In this document: in pieces, positions 1-8,390 of the stretch
How positions within the stretch are numbered: position 1 is the stretch's first letter
How the letters are laid out: each line of letters begins with the position of its first letter
From: Candidatus Methylomirabilis oxygeniifera
GTDB lineage: Bacteria > Methylomirabilota > Methylomirabilia > Methylomirabilales > Methylomirabilaceae
NCBI GenBank assembly: GCA_000091165.1
Contig: FP565575.1
Coordinates: 2,220,001 to 2,252,000 of the forward strand
Direction of reading: 5' to 3'
DNA length: 32,000 nt
Translations under genes and position numbers: made by a program
The notes under the pieces: generated by a model
The model's database searches: none
The model's input: the letters and a program-made list of their open reading frames with translations, nothing else
Told to the model about the DNA's origin: nothing

Positions 1-454
1 TGCCGGTCGAAGGCGGCATCTCCGGAATGCGGTCCAGCTTGTGCTCACGCTCGTAGTCCGCCACAAACCGCTCCAGATTGCCGATACCAACCGGATCGTT
101 CTTCTTGCCCACCACGCAGACCGCCTCGCATTGCTTATCCTGGGGACAGACACGGCCGCAGGCGGCGGGAAGAAAGTTGGTTTCACGAATCTTCTTGGCC
201 GCACCGGCGACGTCCCCCTCCTCAACAAGCTTAATGAAGGCGGGGATGTTGATGCCTACAGGACACGCGGGTACGCATTCAGGCTTCTTACACTGAATGC
301 ACCGTATTGCCTCGTCCTGGGCCTGCTCCATCGAGTAGCCGATGGGCACCTCCTCCCAGCTAAGAATGCGCAACCCTGCCTCATGTAGCGGCATGTGGTT
401 GCGTGGCTTCTGCATCCGCTCCTTTGCACTGAGTCCCTTGCGTACTTCTGCCAT
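1..454 (-). CDS. Glutamate synthase small-subunit-like / NfnB-type Fe-S flavoprotein, N-terminal part (gene runs off the window start)
   Basis: Absent from the ORF track because it is open at the window edge. My reverse-strand translation from the ATG at 454-452 reads MAEVRKGLSAKERMQKPRNHMPLHEAGLRILSWEEVPIGYSMEQAQDEAIRCIQCKKPECVPACPVGINIPAFIKLVEEGDVAGAAKKIRETNFLPAACGRVCPQDKQCEAVCVVGKK... The CxxCx3Cx3CP and ACGRVCP..CE..C motifs match the GltD/NfnB N-terminus. GGGAGAGG lies 7 nt upstream of the ATG. The start is 15 nt after the stop of the upstream partner gene. Confidence 0.75.
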   Translation of the reverse strand, partial: MAEVRKGLSAKERMQKPRNHMPLHEAGLRILSWEEVPIGYSMEQAQDEAIRCIQCKKPECVPACPVGINIPAFIKLVEEGDVAGAAKKIRETNFLPAACGRVCPQDKQCEAVCVVGKKNDPVGIGNLERFVADYEREHKLDRIPEMPPSTG

Positions 455-469
455 CTCGACGCCTCTCCC

Positions 470-2116
470 TTATCGCTGCATCGCCTCGAAGGCGATCTTT
501 TCTTGCTCGACAAACATCCTCTGGCGCTTTATCAACTCATCGAAGTTCACCTGGTGGGCGTTGAAATCGGGTCCATGGTAGCAGGCGAACCGGGTTTTGC
601 CGCCTACGCTCACCCGGCAGGCGCCGCACATGCCGGTGCCGTCCACCATGATGGCATTCAACGACACCCACGTCTCGACCCCTTTTCCCTCTGTCATCTT
701 CGCAACGGCCATCATCATCGGCACGGGACCGACCGCCAATGCCATGGACACCTTCTCTTGCGCCATAATCTGTTCCAGCGCATGGGTGACAAAACCTTGA
801 ATCCCGACCGAGCCGTCATTGGTGGTGACGAACACCTCATCGCACACCGCCTTGAGCTCGTCAACCAGGATTAACAGGTCCTTCGTGCGGGCGCCCACCA
901 CGCCGTAGACCTTATTGCCAAGCGCCCTCAAATCCCGCGCCGTGGGGATGACGGCGCCGGTGCCGTAACCGCCTCCGAGCACCACACAGGCGCCCTCGTA
1001 TTTGGCGACGTGGGAACGTTGACCCAGCGGCCCGACGACGTCATGAAAGCTGTCGCCCACGTTCTTCTGCGTAGCCTCAGTGGACGTCCTGCCCGCAGCC
1101 ATGATGACGATCTCGATGTATCCCTTCTCTCTGTCCCATCCGGCGATGGAGAGCGGAATGCGCTCGCTGTCGTAATTGGGACGCATGATGATGAACTGTC
1201 CGGCTTGTATCTTCCTAGCCAGAAGCGGCGCGTTCACCTTAAAGTAGTAGGTGTTGGGGCACAGTTCCCGCTTTTCGAGGATCGAAAAATCCTGGTGATA
1301 TTTGCCCCTGGGCGTGGTCTCCTTTTCAGCCAGGCCGTGCCGGCAGTAATGCAACTGATATTCGGCTTCGCTGCGGACAATAAAGGCATCATCCCAATCG
1401 AAGTGATCCATCCCGAGAATGGCCCGGAAGGCGTTGTGACTTTTCTCTACCTGCTCCGGCGCGAAATAGGAGTTGCGAACCCCTTTGCCTATAGCGCGCA
1501 CCGCGTGCCTGCGGACAAGGGGGGACGGATCTGAGAGACCGGCAAACAGCGTGTCAAACAGCGTCGATCGATCCGCGTCGCCAACCGCCTCAGAGGGAAT
1601 ACGTTTGAAGATCCTCCCCACGCAGTAAAAGGCCGCGGACTTCACCTGTTTGTTGGTAGATTCCGTACACCTCAAAGCCTCCGGCAGGATCCTGGCAATA
1701 GCCGGATCAGTGAAACGCCCCGCTGCCAACAGGAGGTTGATCCTGGCGTAGTCGTCGCTTCGGCTCCTATCGAACCACGAACGAAGCAGGTCCACGACAG
1801 GCGCGCCGATCTGCGCCAAGGCGCCGGCGAAATGCTCCGCCGATTCCGCATCAGCCTCAACGAGTTGCTCGATCATCCATTCGGCGACCTCCGGACCCAG
1901 GGAGGCCAGGACCGACTCACTCTGATCGATGAGTTGAGCCAGCTCCTCATCGCCGGCGTGGTCGCGATAGAAGGTGGTGGAAAGCGCCGCCGCCAACTCC
2001 CGCTTCTCTTCGGAAGAAAGGTCGGAAAGCGTCGACACCTCCGCAAGGGCAGCCTTCAACTGCTCAGTATCCTGGGACGACATTTTGCCTGTAATGCTCT
2101 TGATCCTATTTGTCAT
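470..2116 (-). CDS. HEAT-repeat domain fused to an NfnA/PyrK-type FAD + [2Fe-2S] electron-transfer subunit
   Basis: The C-terminal ~280 aa has an FAD/NAD(P)-binding fold (VVLGGGYGTGAV) and the terminal 2Fe-2S motif DGTGMCGACRV..GKTRFACYHGPDF. The N-terminal ~270 aa has HEAT/PBS-lyase-like repeats (LSDPSPLVRRHAVRAIGK). I prefer the ATG at 2116, preceded by GGAGGA. The track start at 2146 is a GTG. Confidence 0.75.
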   Translation of the reverse strand: MTNRIKSITGKMSSQDTEQLKAALAEVSTLSDLSSEEKRELAAALSTTFYRDHAGDEELAQLIDQSESVLASLGPEVAEWMIEQLVEADAESAEHFAGALAQIGAPVVDLLRSWFDRSRSDDYARINLLLAAGRFTDPAIARILPEALRCTESTNKQVKSAAFYCVGRIFKRIPSEAVGDADRSTLFDTLFAGLSDPSPLVRRHAVRAIGKGVRNSYFAPEQVEKSHNAFRAILGMDHFDWDDAFIVRSEAEYQLHYCRHGLAEKETTPRGKYHQDFSILEKRELCPNTYYFKVNAPLLARKIQAGQFIIMRPNYDSERIPLSIAGWDREKGYIEIVIMAAGRTSTEATQKNVGDSFHDVVGPLGQRSHVAKYEGACVVLGGGYGTGAVIPTARDLRALGNKVYGVVGARTKDLLILVDELKAVCDEVFVTTNDGSVGIQGFVTHALEQIMAQEKVSMALAVGPVPMMMAVAKMTEGKGVETWVSLNAIMVDGTGMCGACRVSVGGKTRFACYHGPDFNAHQVNFDELIKRQRMFVEQEKIAFEAMQR

Positions 2117-2448
2117 CGGAACCTGCTTCCTCCAAAGGTCCTTCACCTCTTATACACTTGCCGTGCTTGGGTAAAACACGCTTTTTATGATACACAAAAT
2201 CTTACCACCTTACAACTAAATCCGCAATCCCAGAGGTGACCCTACGTAGTTGTAGCAGGAACCCGTGACATGGTCAGATGTCAACCTGCGACCAATATTG
2301 AGAAAGCACTTGACAGCCCCCACATTCCGCATCGATAGTGCAGGCGACTCGCACGTAAAGTCGATATCTACCGTTTCATCGTGTTGTCAGTATCGGCGAC
2401 ATCCCGGTACGTGGCTGAGTCCGGCAGTGATCGAGCGTGGGGGTGCAG

Positions 2449-3165
2449 ATGGTTCGCAAGAAGGCGGGATATGTTCCGGCGTTGGGCTGGGATATCCTCA
2501 CCCCGCTCTACGATCCTCTCGTTCGCGTGACGACGCGCGAGATGGGCTTCAAAAGTCGCCTCCTGGATGAAGCAGGCATCGATCAGGCCGGTCGGATCCT
2601 GGATGTGGGATGCGGGACGGGGACACTGCTCCTGTTGGCGAGGCGCAGGTCAAAATCTTTGTTGGCTATTGGCCTGGATGGTGATATGAACGTGCTGGAC
2701 ATTGCACGGTCAAAGGCTCGTAGAGATGTCGAGCAGATCGCGCTGATCCAGGCGTTCTGCTTTGATATTCCTTTTGCCGACGGCGCATTCGATCGAGTGC
2801 TCTCGAGCCTAATGCTGCACCATCTGACACGATCCGAGAAGGCCCGGACGCTGCAGGAGGTCTTTCGCGTTTTGCGTCCGGGAGGCGAGTTGCATGTCGC
2901 CGACTGGGGACAACCCCATAACCTGCTGATGCGCATGCTGGCTTTCTCTGTACGCCTCGGCGACAGTTTCGCCAGGACCGCGGATAACGTGAAGGGGCGC
3001 CTGCCTGCGCTCTTTCGAGACGCCGGGTTCGAGAAGGTCTCAGAGACGGCCCGGTTTGCGACACTGTTCGGCACGTTGTCGCTGTACAAGGCGTATAAGC
3101 CGCTCACGGCTGCCGCCCATCGGCGCAGCGGCAGCACATCCGGACATTCGCTGATGGGAGTATGA
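2449..3165 (+). CDS. Class I SAM-dependent methyltransferase (Methyltransf_11/UbiE-like)
   Basis: SAM motif I ILDVGCGTGTLL, then VLSSLMLHHL and LRPGGEL. The ATG at 2449 follows GGGGGT. The track start at 2437 is a GTG. Confidence 0.8.
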   Translation: MVRKKAGYVPALGWDILTPLYDPLVRVTTREMGFKSRLLDEAGIDQAGRILDVGCGTGTLLLLARRRSKSLLAIGLDGDMNVLDIARSKARRDVEQIALIQAFCFDIPFADGAFDRVLSSLMLHHLTRSEKARTLQEVFRVLRPGGELHVADWGQPHNLLMRMLAFSVRLGDSFARTADNVKGRLPALFRDAGFEKVSETARFATLFGTLSLYKAYKPLTAAAHRRSGSTSGHSLMGV

Positions 3166-3349
3166 GGCTATCATTACACAGCAGGTGCCCGATGAACGCA
3201 TGAGATCGAAGCAGCAGAGAGACTACCATGACGCGTACGCGATCGTCGTCTGCCTGTCAAACAGTACTTGCATACAGGACGCCACTCCCTTTTTAACGGC
3301 CGGACCGTCGTAGGCCTGGGTGTGGGAGGAGGAACCCTGGGAGGTTAAC

Positions 3350-3817
3350 ATGGCTGCAGTGACCGCTATCATTTTTGTGGTGATAGCCTTGTTTGGTTTG
3401 GCGTGGCCCTTTCTCTACACGTACAGACTCAAGTGGAGAAGAATCGCTCTGGATAAGGAGATTCAGTACTTCCAGAATCGGGTGATTATCGTCACCGAGA
3501 ACGCTATTCCCGGCAGGGCAACAGAACAAGTCCTGGGGCCAGCCACAGGGATCTCGCGTATACCTGCTTCAAATGACGACGAGCGAAAGCTGGCTGAACG
3601 AGAGGCGATGCACAGCCTTATTAAACAGGCGCTCCAGATGGGCGCAAACGCGATCCTCGATCTGAAAATGGTCGAAGAAAGTTACGAGCACACGGACCCG
3701 AAGAAGTTGCTTGTCCTCCCTGCCGTCACGTTTACGGCTACGAAGGTGACATATGCAGGAACATCTGCGAAAGTAGCCTTGACGGATTCTCCGTCTGAGG
3801 GACAAAGAGGCGTCTGA
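3350..3817 (+). CDS. Membrane-anchored YbjQ/UPF0145-like (putative heavy-metal-binding fold) protein
   Basis: N-terminal TM helix AAVTAIIFVVIALFGLAWPFLY. The remainder resembles the YbjQ pattern (IIVTENAIPG..VLGPATG.., LQMGANAILDL, GTSAKV). A strong GGGAGG lies 5 nt before the ATG at 3350. Confidence 0.45.
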   Translation: MAAVTAIIFVVIALFGLAWPFLYTYRLKWRRIALDKEIQYFQNRVIIVTENAIPGRATEQVLGPATGISRIPASNDDERKLAEREAMHSLIKQALQMGANAILDLKMVEESYEHTDPKKLLVLPAVTFTATKVTYAGTSAKVALTDSPSEGQRGV

Positions 3818-3938
3818 CAGGAATGGTATCAACTGCACGGTTTCTACTGAACGTCTTTCCAGGTCCGCCTGCGCGCCCCTCTCGGCGCCACACAAAGACA
3901 AGGCGGCGATCCGTTGTGCGTATCCGAGGAGCGAGCGG

Positions 3939-5210
3939 ATGATCTCACGTCACCGAGTCATCGCAGTTGTCTTGCTGATCCTCTGGATTGGAGGCGTCGC
4001 CCCTTCTGTTGAGGCTTCGGATCTCAAGAATACCATCAGGAATCTTTACGGAAGCCAGGGGATTCTCCTCGAGCCGAGCCCTCTCCCTTTCTTCACCCAG
4101 GAGTCGCGCTTTCAGGCATCGTCACTTCAGGGGCTTGACCAACTCAATACCCAGTTGACCTCCGCAATAGGGCTCCCCTCATTCGGCTCTTCGGTGACCG
4201 GTTTTACCTTCGATCTGGAGCGCGGGATTCCGGTCCGAACGACCGAGAGCCTCGGCCCTCTACTGACGGAGCGCGCCACCACCCTTGGCGCGCGCAAGCT
4301 CGATGTCACCCTCGCCTACACTCGACTGAACTTTACTAAGCTGCAAGGCAAAGACCTTAACAACCTGGATCTGGTGTTCCGGCGTGGCGATATCAATGGA
4401 AACGGAATCCGGGATACCAGCGGCCCGTTCAGCTTTGAGAGCGATATTATTCGCGCCAGATTCAAGGTCGATCTGAACGAAGATATTATTGCCTTCATCG
4501 CGACATACGGTGTTACCCCCGTATGGGACGTCGGGCTCGTTGTCCCCATCATCCATGTTCGACTCAAAGCCAGAGCGTCGGCTGCCGTCTTCGATCAGTT
4601 CGGCAATCCCGGCGGGACGAGAATCGGCGACCTCCCGATCCATCGGTTTGGGCCTCACTCCAACTGCCGCCTGCCCATCGACTCAGACTCTTGCGCCGCC
4701 CGCGGAGGTGGTGAGGAGACCGGCGTTGGGGATATCATCCTTCGAACGAAATACAACTTCGTGCGCAACGCGGGCGGCCTTACTCCGGACTTGGCATTTC
4801 TGTTCGAAGTAAAGCTTCCAACGGGGGATGAGGGACGACTTCTGGGAACCGGTGGGACTGACCTGGGCGGTCTCTTCATCGCCTCCAAAACCTATGGGCG
4901 ATGGTTCACGCCTCACGTGAACGTCGGCTACGAGATTAATACCAAAGAGCTTGAGCAGAACAGTATCAGATATGCCCTCGGTTTTGACGCCCGTCTTCTG
5001 TCAAAGCTGTCATTTGACGCCGACGTCATCGGTCGCTTCAAGCCGGCCGGGAACGAAACCGGGGAGCATATTCACGATCTGTCGCTCGGCGTAAAATGGA
5101 ATCCTCTGAGCGCCTGGATCGTCCGGACGAACATCCAGATTCCGCTGGATAAAAACAGCGGCCTTCGAGCCGATGTGATTCCCACAGTAGGGGTCGAGTA
5201 TCTTTTCTAA
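3939..5210 (+). CDS. Outer-membrane beta-barrel protein (possibly Phenol_MetA_deg-type transporter family)
   Basis: Signal peptide VIAVVLLILWIGGVAPSVEA. Alternating amphipathic strands. C-terminal OMP signature ...TVGVEYLF ending in Phe. GAGGAG lies 7 nt upstream of the start. Confidence 0.55.
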   Translation: MISRHRVIAVVLLILWIGGVAPSVEASDLKNTIRNLYGSQGILLEPSPLPFFTQESRFQASSLQGLDQLNTQLTSAIGLPSFGSSVTGFTFDLERGIPVRTTESLGPLLTERATTLGARKLDVTLAYTRLNFTKLQGKDLNNLDLVFRRGDINGNGIRDTSGPFSFESDIIRARFKVDLNEDIIAFIATYGVTPVWDVGLVVPIIHVRLKARASAAVFDQFGNPGGTRIGDLPIHRFGPHSNCRLPIDSDSCAARGGGEETGVGDIILRTKYNFVRNAGGLTPDLAFLFEVKLPTGDEGRLLGTGGTDLGGLFIASKTYGRWFTPHVNVGYEINTKELEQNSIRYALGFDARLLSKLSFDADVIGRFKPAGNETGEHIHDLSLGVKWNPLSAWIVRTNIQIPLDKNSGLRADVIPTVGVEYLF

Positions 5211-5237
5211 GGTCTTAAGAGTCTTGGGATCGCCTGA

Positions 5238-6185
5238 ATGTCACTCCTGACAAGTCGTCTTACTCCCTTCATCGTTGCGGCTTGCGTTGTCGTTGGAGCA
5301 ATGGTCTGCGCCTCGACATCGGCAGAGGCGGCAAAGATCATCGCGCTGAAGAGCGCCGATGTCGATGTCTACAATGAGGCGTTGGAGGGGTTCAAGAGCG
5401 GTTCGCAGGGATCGACCGTCATCGAGTACGATATGGAGGGGGACCTCCAGAAGGGCAAAAAGTTTCTGGCGCGACTCAAATCCGGCTCGAAGCCTGACCT
5501 CATCCTTGCGGTGGGGATCTGGGCCTTACAGATTGTAGCTGAGGAGATACAAGACATCCCGGTCGTCTTTGCCATGGTGTTGAACCCGACCACAGTGATC
5601 GGGCAAGAGACTCGCAATATCACCGGCGCCAGCATGAATGTTCCGATCGAGCAACAACTTGCCTTGCTGAAAAAAATCTCACCCCAGGTCAGGAGAATCG
5701 GCGTCATTTATGATCCCTCGAAGACCGGGTGGTTGGTGAAGCAGGCTGAGCGGCTCGCCAAAGATCAGGGTATCAGGCTCGTCACTAAGGCCGTTGCCTC
5801 ACCAAAGGACTCGTTTGCCGCCCTGGATGCCATGCAGGACGAGATCGACGCCCTTTGGATTGTGCCGGATCTGACCGTTCTGGCGCCTGAATCGGTTCAG
5901 TACATGCTGCTCTTCTCCTTCAGACACAAGATCCCCGTTCTTGGCCTCTCAGAGAATCAGGCCAGAATGGGCGCCCTCCTCGGCCTCTCTTTTGAAAGCG
6001 GATGGGATATCGGGAGCCAGGCCGCTGAGTTGGCGAACGGGATCCTTTCCGGCAAGAGCATTGAAGAGATCCCGTTCACGACAGCGAGAAAGACGCGGTT
6101 GACGGTGAATCTGAAGAGTGCCGGCAAGCTCGGGGTGCATATCCCCAAGGAGATTCTCGACCGGGCCGACGTGGTGATTCGATAG
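5238..6185 (+). CDS. Periplasmic ABC_sub_bind (COG2984/PF04392) substrate-binding protein
   Basis: Signal peptide. Family-typical blocks KPDLILAVG, DIPVVFAMVLNP, NITGAS, RRIGVIYDPS, DALWIVPD, KIPVLG, RLTVNLKSAGKLGVHIPKEIL. Confidence 0.85.
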   Translation: MSLLTSRLTPFIVAACVVVGAMVCASTSAEAAKIIALKSADVDVYNEALEGFKSGSQGSTVIEYDMEGDLQKGKKFLARLKSGSKPDLILAVGIWALQIVAEEIQDIPVVFAMVLNPTTVIGQETRNITGASMNVPIEQQLALLKKISPQVRRIGVIYDPSKTGWLVKQAERLAKDQGIRLVTKAVASPKDSFAALDAMQDEIDALWIVPDLTVLAPESVQYMLLFSFRHKIPVLGLSENQARMGALLGLSFESGWDIGSQAAELANGILSGKSIEEIPFTTARKTRLTVNLKSAGKLGVHIPKEILDRADVVIR

Positions 6186-6222
6186 CTCGAGAGGGGCCAG
6201 GCTGAGTCGCAAGGATGAACGG

Positions 6223-7938
6223 ATGAGAATCGGACAGATAACCAGATTCCGGACAAAGGTGCTGCTGTCGATCATTCCGATGATTCTGGCCCTCTGTGTC
6301 CTCTTCGGTGGGATGTCGCTGTATCAACATAACAGGTTACTGCATAGCGAGTTTGTGAAACGCGGCAAGGCTCTCGCCAGCAATCTGGCCGCCAGCGGTG
6401 AGCTCGGCGTCTTCAGTGAGGACGAGCGGCTTCTGAATGCCGCGTTACGAGGGATTACCGGTGAAGAGGATGTCGCCTACGTCTTCATTTACAACGATGC
6501 CGGGAAGCGTCTCATCGGCGGGGGCAAGGCCCTGACCCAACCCGGCCTTGGACCGACCACCGAAACGTTGAATCACGAGATCCGCGCACAAATGTTGACC
6601 GACCATCAACCTGCCAGCAGAACCGTTAAGGAGACCGGGGCGGAGTCGTTTCTGGAGTTTTACGCACCGATCGTCTCTGCCGAAGTCCGCCTGGTTGAAG
6701 AACAATACTTCGGGATGCCTCGATCGACTCCAGGTCTCAGTGAGGACCGGAGCCGTGTTATCGGGATTGCAAGGGTCGGCCTGTCGATGCGGAACATCGA
6801 TGCCCATTCAGCCTACCTGATCAAGCTCTGGGCCATTCTATCCGTCGTCTTTCTGGCCGGCGGCGCGCTCGCCGCGTATGCCCTCTCCCGAAGGATCACC
6901 CAGCCGATTACTCGGTTGACGGAGTCTACCGCGCGGATGGCCGAGGGGCAGATTGATCAGGAAATCTCAGTCGATTCTCTGGATGAGCTCGGGACGTTGG
7001 CAACAACCTACAACAAGATGGCTAAGGCATTAACGTATACCTTGGATGAACGGGCGAGAGTGGCCAGAGAGCTTCGGGACCTGAACCGGAGTCTGGAGGA
7101 TCGGATTCGCGAACGGACCTCTCAACTGGAAGAGACCAACCGAGACCTCTCGCGGGCGAGTCGTCACAAATCAGAGTTCCTGGCCAATATGAGTCATGAG
7201 TTGCGAACGCCCTTAAACGCGATTCTGGGGTTTACCGACCTGATTATTGATGGGATCTACGGTCAGGTCCCGAATGAGTTGCGCGAATCGATGGAAGACA
7301 TCCGCATTAACGGCCGACATTTACTCAGGCTCATCAACGATGTATTGGATCTCTCGAAAATTGAAGCTGGACAAATGCGATTGAATCTGGGTGAATACTC
7401 TCTTCAATCGTTGATCGACTCTGTGATCTCAGCAACGCGATCGCTGGCGACGGAAAAGCGACTGGAGCTGGTCGCCCGAGTTGAGGCGGATCTGCCGCCC
7501 GCGTTGGGCGACAGCAAGCGCATGACCCAGGTCCTGATGAACCTCGTCGGCAATGCCATTAAATTCACCCCAGGGGGCGGTTCCGTAAACGTCACGGCAA
7601 AGTCCGTTTCGAGTTCTGAGTTTCAAGTTTCCAGTTCTCAACCCGAAACCCGAAACCCGAAACCCGAAACACCGACATCACCAGATTTCATAGAAATTTC
7701 GGTCGCGGATACGGGAATCGGTATTCCTGCCGAAGAGCTAAAAAGTATTTTCGGTGAATTTCGCCAAGTTGACAGCTCCATCACCAGAGAATACGGCGGA
7801 AGCGGTCTTGGTCTCAGCATCGCGAAGCGACTGGTTGAGATGCATAGAGGGTCTATCTGGGCGGACAGTCAGGTTGGAAGGGGATCAACTTTCTACGTCC
7901 GCATTCCGCTCCGGACTCAGTGGGAGGGGAGCCTGTGA
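6223..7938 (+). CDS. Sensor histidine kinase (2 TM, periplasmic domain, HAMP, HisKA, HATPase_c)
   Basis: H-box SHELRTPLNAILGF, N-box MNLVGNAIKFT, G1 DTGIGI, G2 GGSGLGLSI. HAMP segment RRITQPITRLTESTARMAEGQ. Confidence 0.9.
   Translation: MRIGQITRFRTKVLLSIIPMILALCVLFGGMSLYQHNRLLHSEFVKRGKALASNLAASGELGVFSEDERLLNAALRGITGEEDVAYVFIYNDAGKRLIGGGKALTQPGLGPTTETLNHEIRAQMLTDHQPASRTVKETGAESFLEFYAPIVSAEVRLVEEQYFGMPRSTPGLSEDRSRVIGIARVGLSMRNIDAHSAYLIKLWAILSVVFLAGGALAAYALSRRITQPITRLTESTARMAEGQIDQEISVDSLDELGTLATTYNKMAKALTYTLDERARVARELRDLNRSLEDRIRERTSQLEETNRDLSRASRHKSEFLANMSHELRTPLNAILGFTDLIIDGIYGQVPNELRESMEDIRINGRHLLRLINDVLDLSKIEAGQMRLNLGEYSLQSLIDSVISATRSLATEKRLELVARVEADLPPALGDSKRMTQVLMNLVGNAIKFTPGGGSVNVTAKSVSSSEFQVSSSQPETRNPKPETPTSPDFIEISVADTGIGIPAEELKSIFGEFRQVDSSITREYGGSGLGLSIAKRLVEMHRGSIWADSQVGRGSTFYVRIPLRTQWEGSL
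7606..7670. repeat. Heptamer-periodic inverted array inside the kinase CDS: GTTTCNN-like units followed by (AACCCGA)x4
   Basis: Read directly: GTTTCGA GTTCTGA GTTTCAA GTTTCCA GTTCTCA, then AACCCGA x4 at 7640-7667. GTTTC is the reverse complement of GAAAC in the second arm. Confidence 0.85.
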
Positions 7939-8306
7939 GCGGGAATCTGATCTTGCATGTTGAGGATAACCAATACAATCGGAAGATTATCAGGGACCTT
8001 CTCTCCAAACACAACTATGAGATCATGGAGGCTCATAATGGGGAGGCCGCGCTCGACGCGCTGGCACGCCGGCGACCTGACCTCATCTTGATGGATATTC
8101 AGTTGCCGAAGCTTTCCGGCCTTGAAGTTACTCGGAGAATCAGGGCCGATCCCTCACTCGCCCAGATCCCGATCATCGCCATCACCTCATTTGCCCTGAG
8201 TGGCGATGAGCGCACAGCCTTTGAGGCGGGTTGCAGCGCCTATATCGCAAAGCCTTTCAGGCCGCGAGATCTCCTGGAGATGATCCAACGCTTCTTGGGT
8301 CCGTAA
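7935..8306 (+). CDS. Single-domain CheY-like response regulator receiver
   Basis: ILHVEDN, PDLILMDIQLPKLSG, IPIIAITS, YIAKP. The GTG at 7935 overlaps the kinase stop as GTGA, which suggests translational coupling. Confidence 0.85.
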   Translation: MSGNLILHVEDNQYNRKIIRDLLSKHNYEIMEAHNGEAALDALARRRPDLILMDIQLPKLSGLEVTRRIRADPSLAQIPIIAITSFALSGDERTAFEAGCSAYIAKPFRPRDLLEMIQRFLGP

Positions 8307-8336
8307 GCGCCTCTATTGGGGGGGAAGAGATAGGGA

Positions 8337-8360
8337 TCGACAGGACACCGATGCTGTCGA
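8337..8360 (+). other. 7-bp inverted repeat TCGACAG-N10-CTGTCGA between the receiver gene and the EBP gene
   Basis: Read directly. No U-tract follows, so it is not a classical terminator. Confidence 0.5.
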
Positions 8361-8390
8361 GCATGAGAAGAGCGGTATGTCGGAGGAGAG

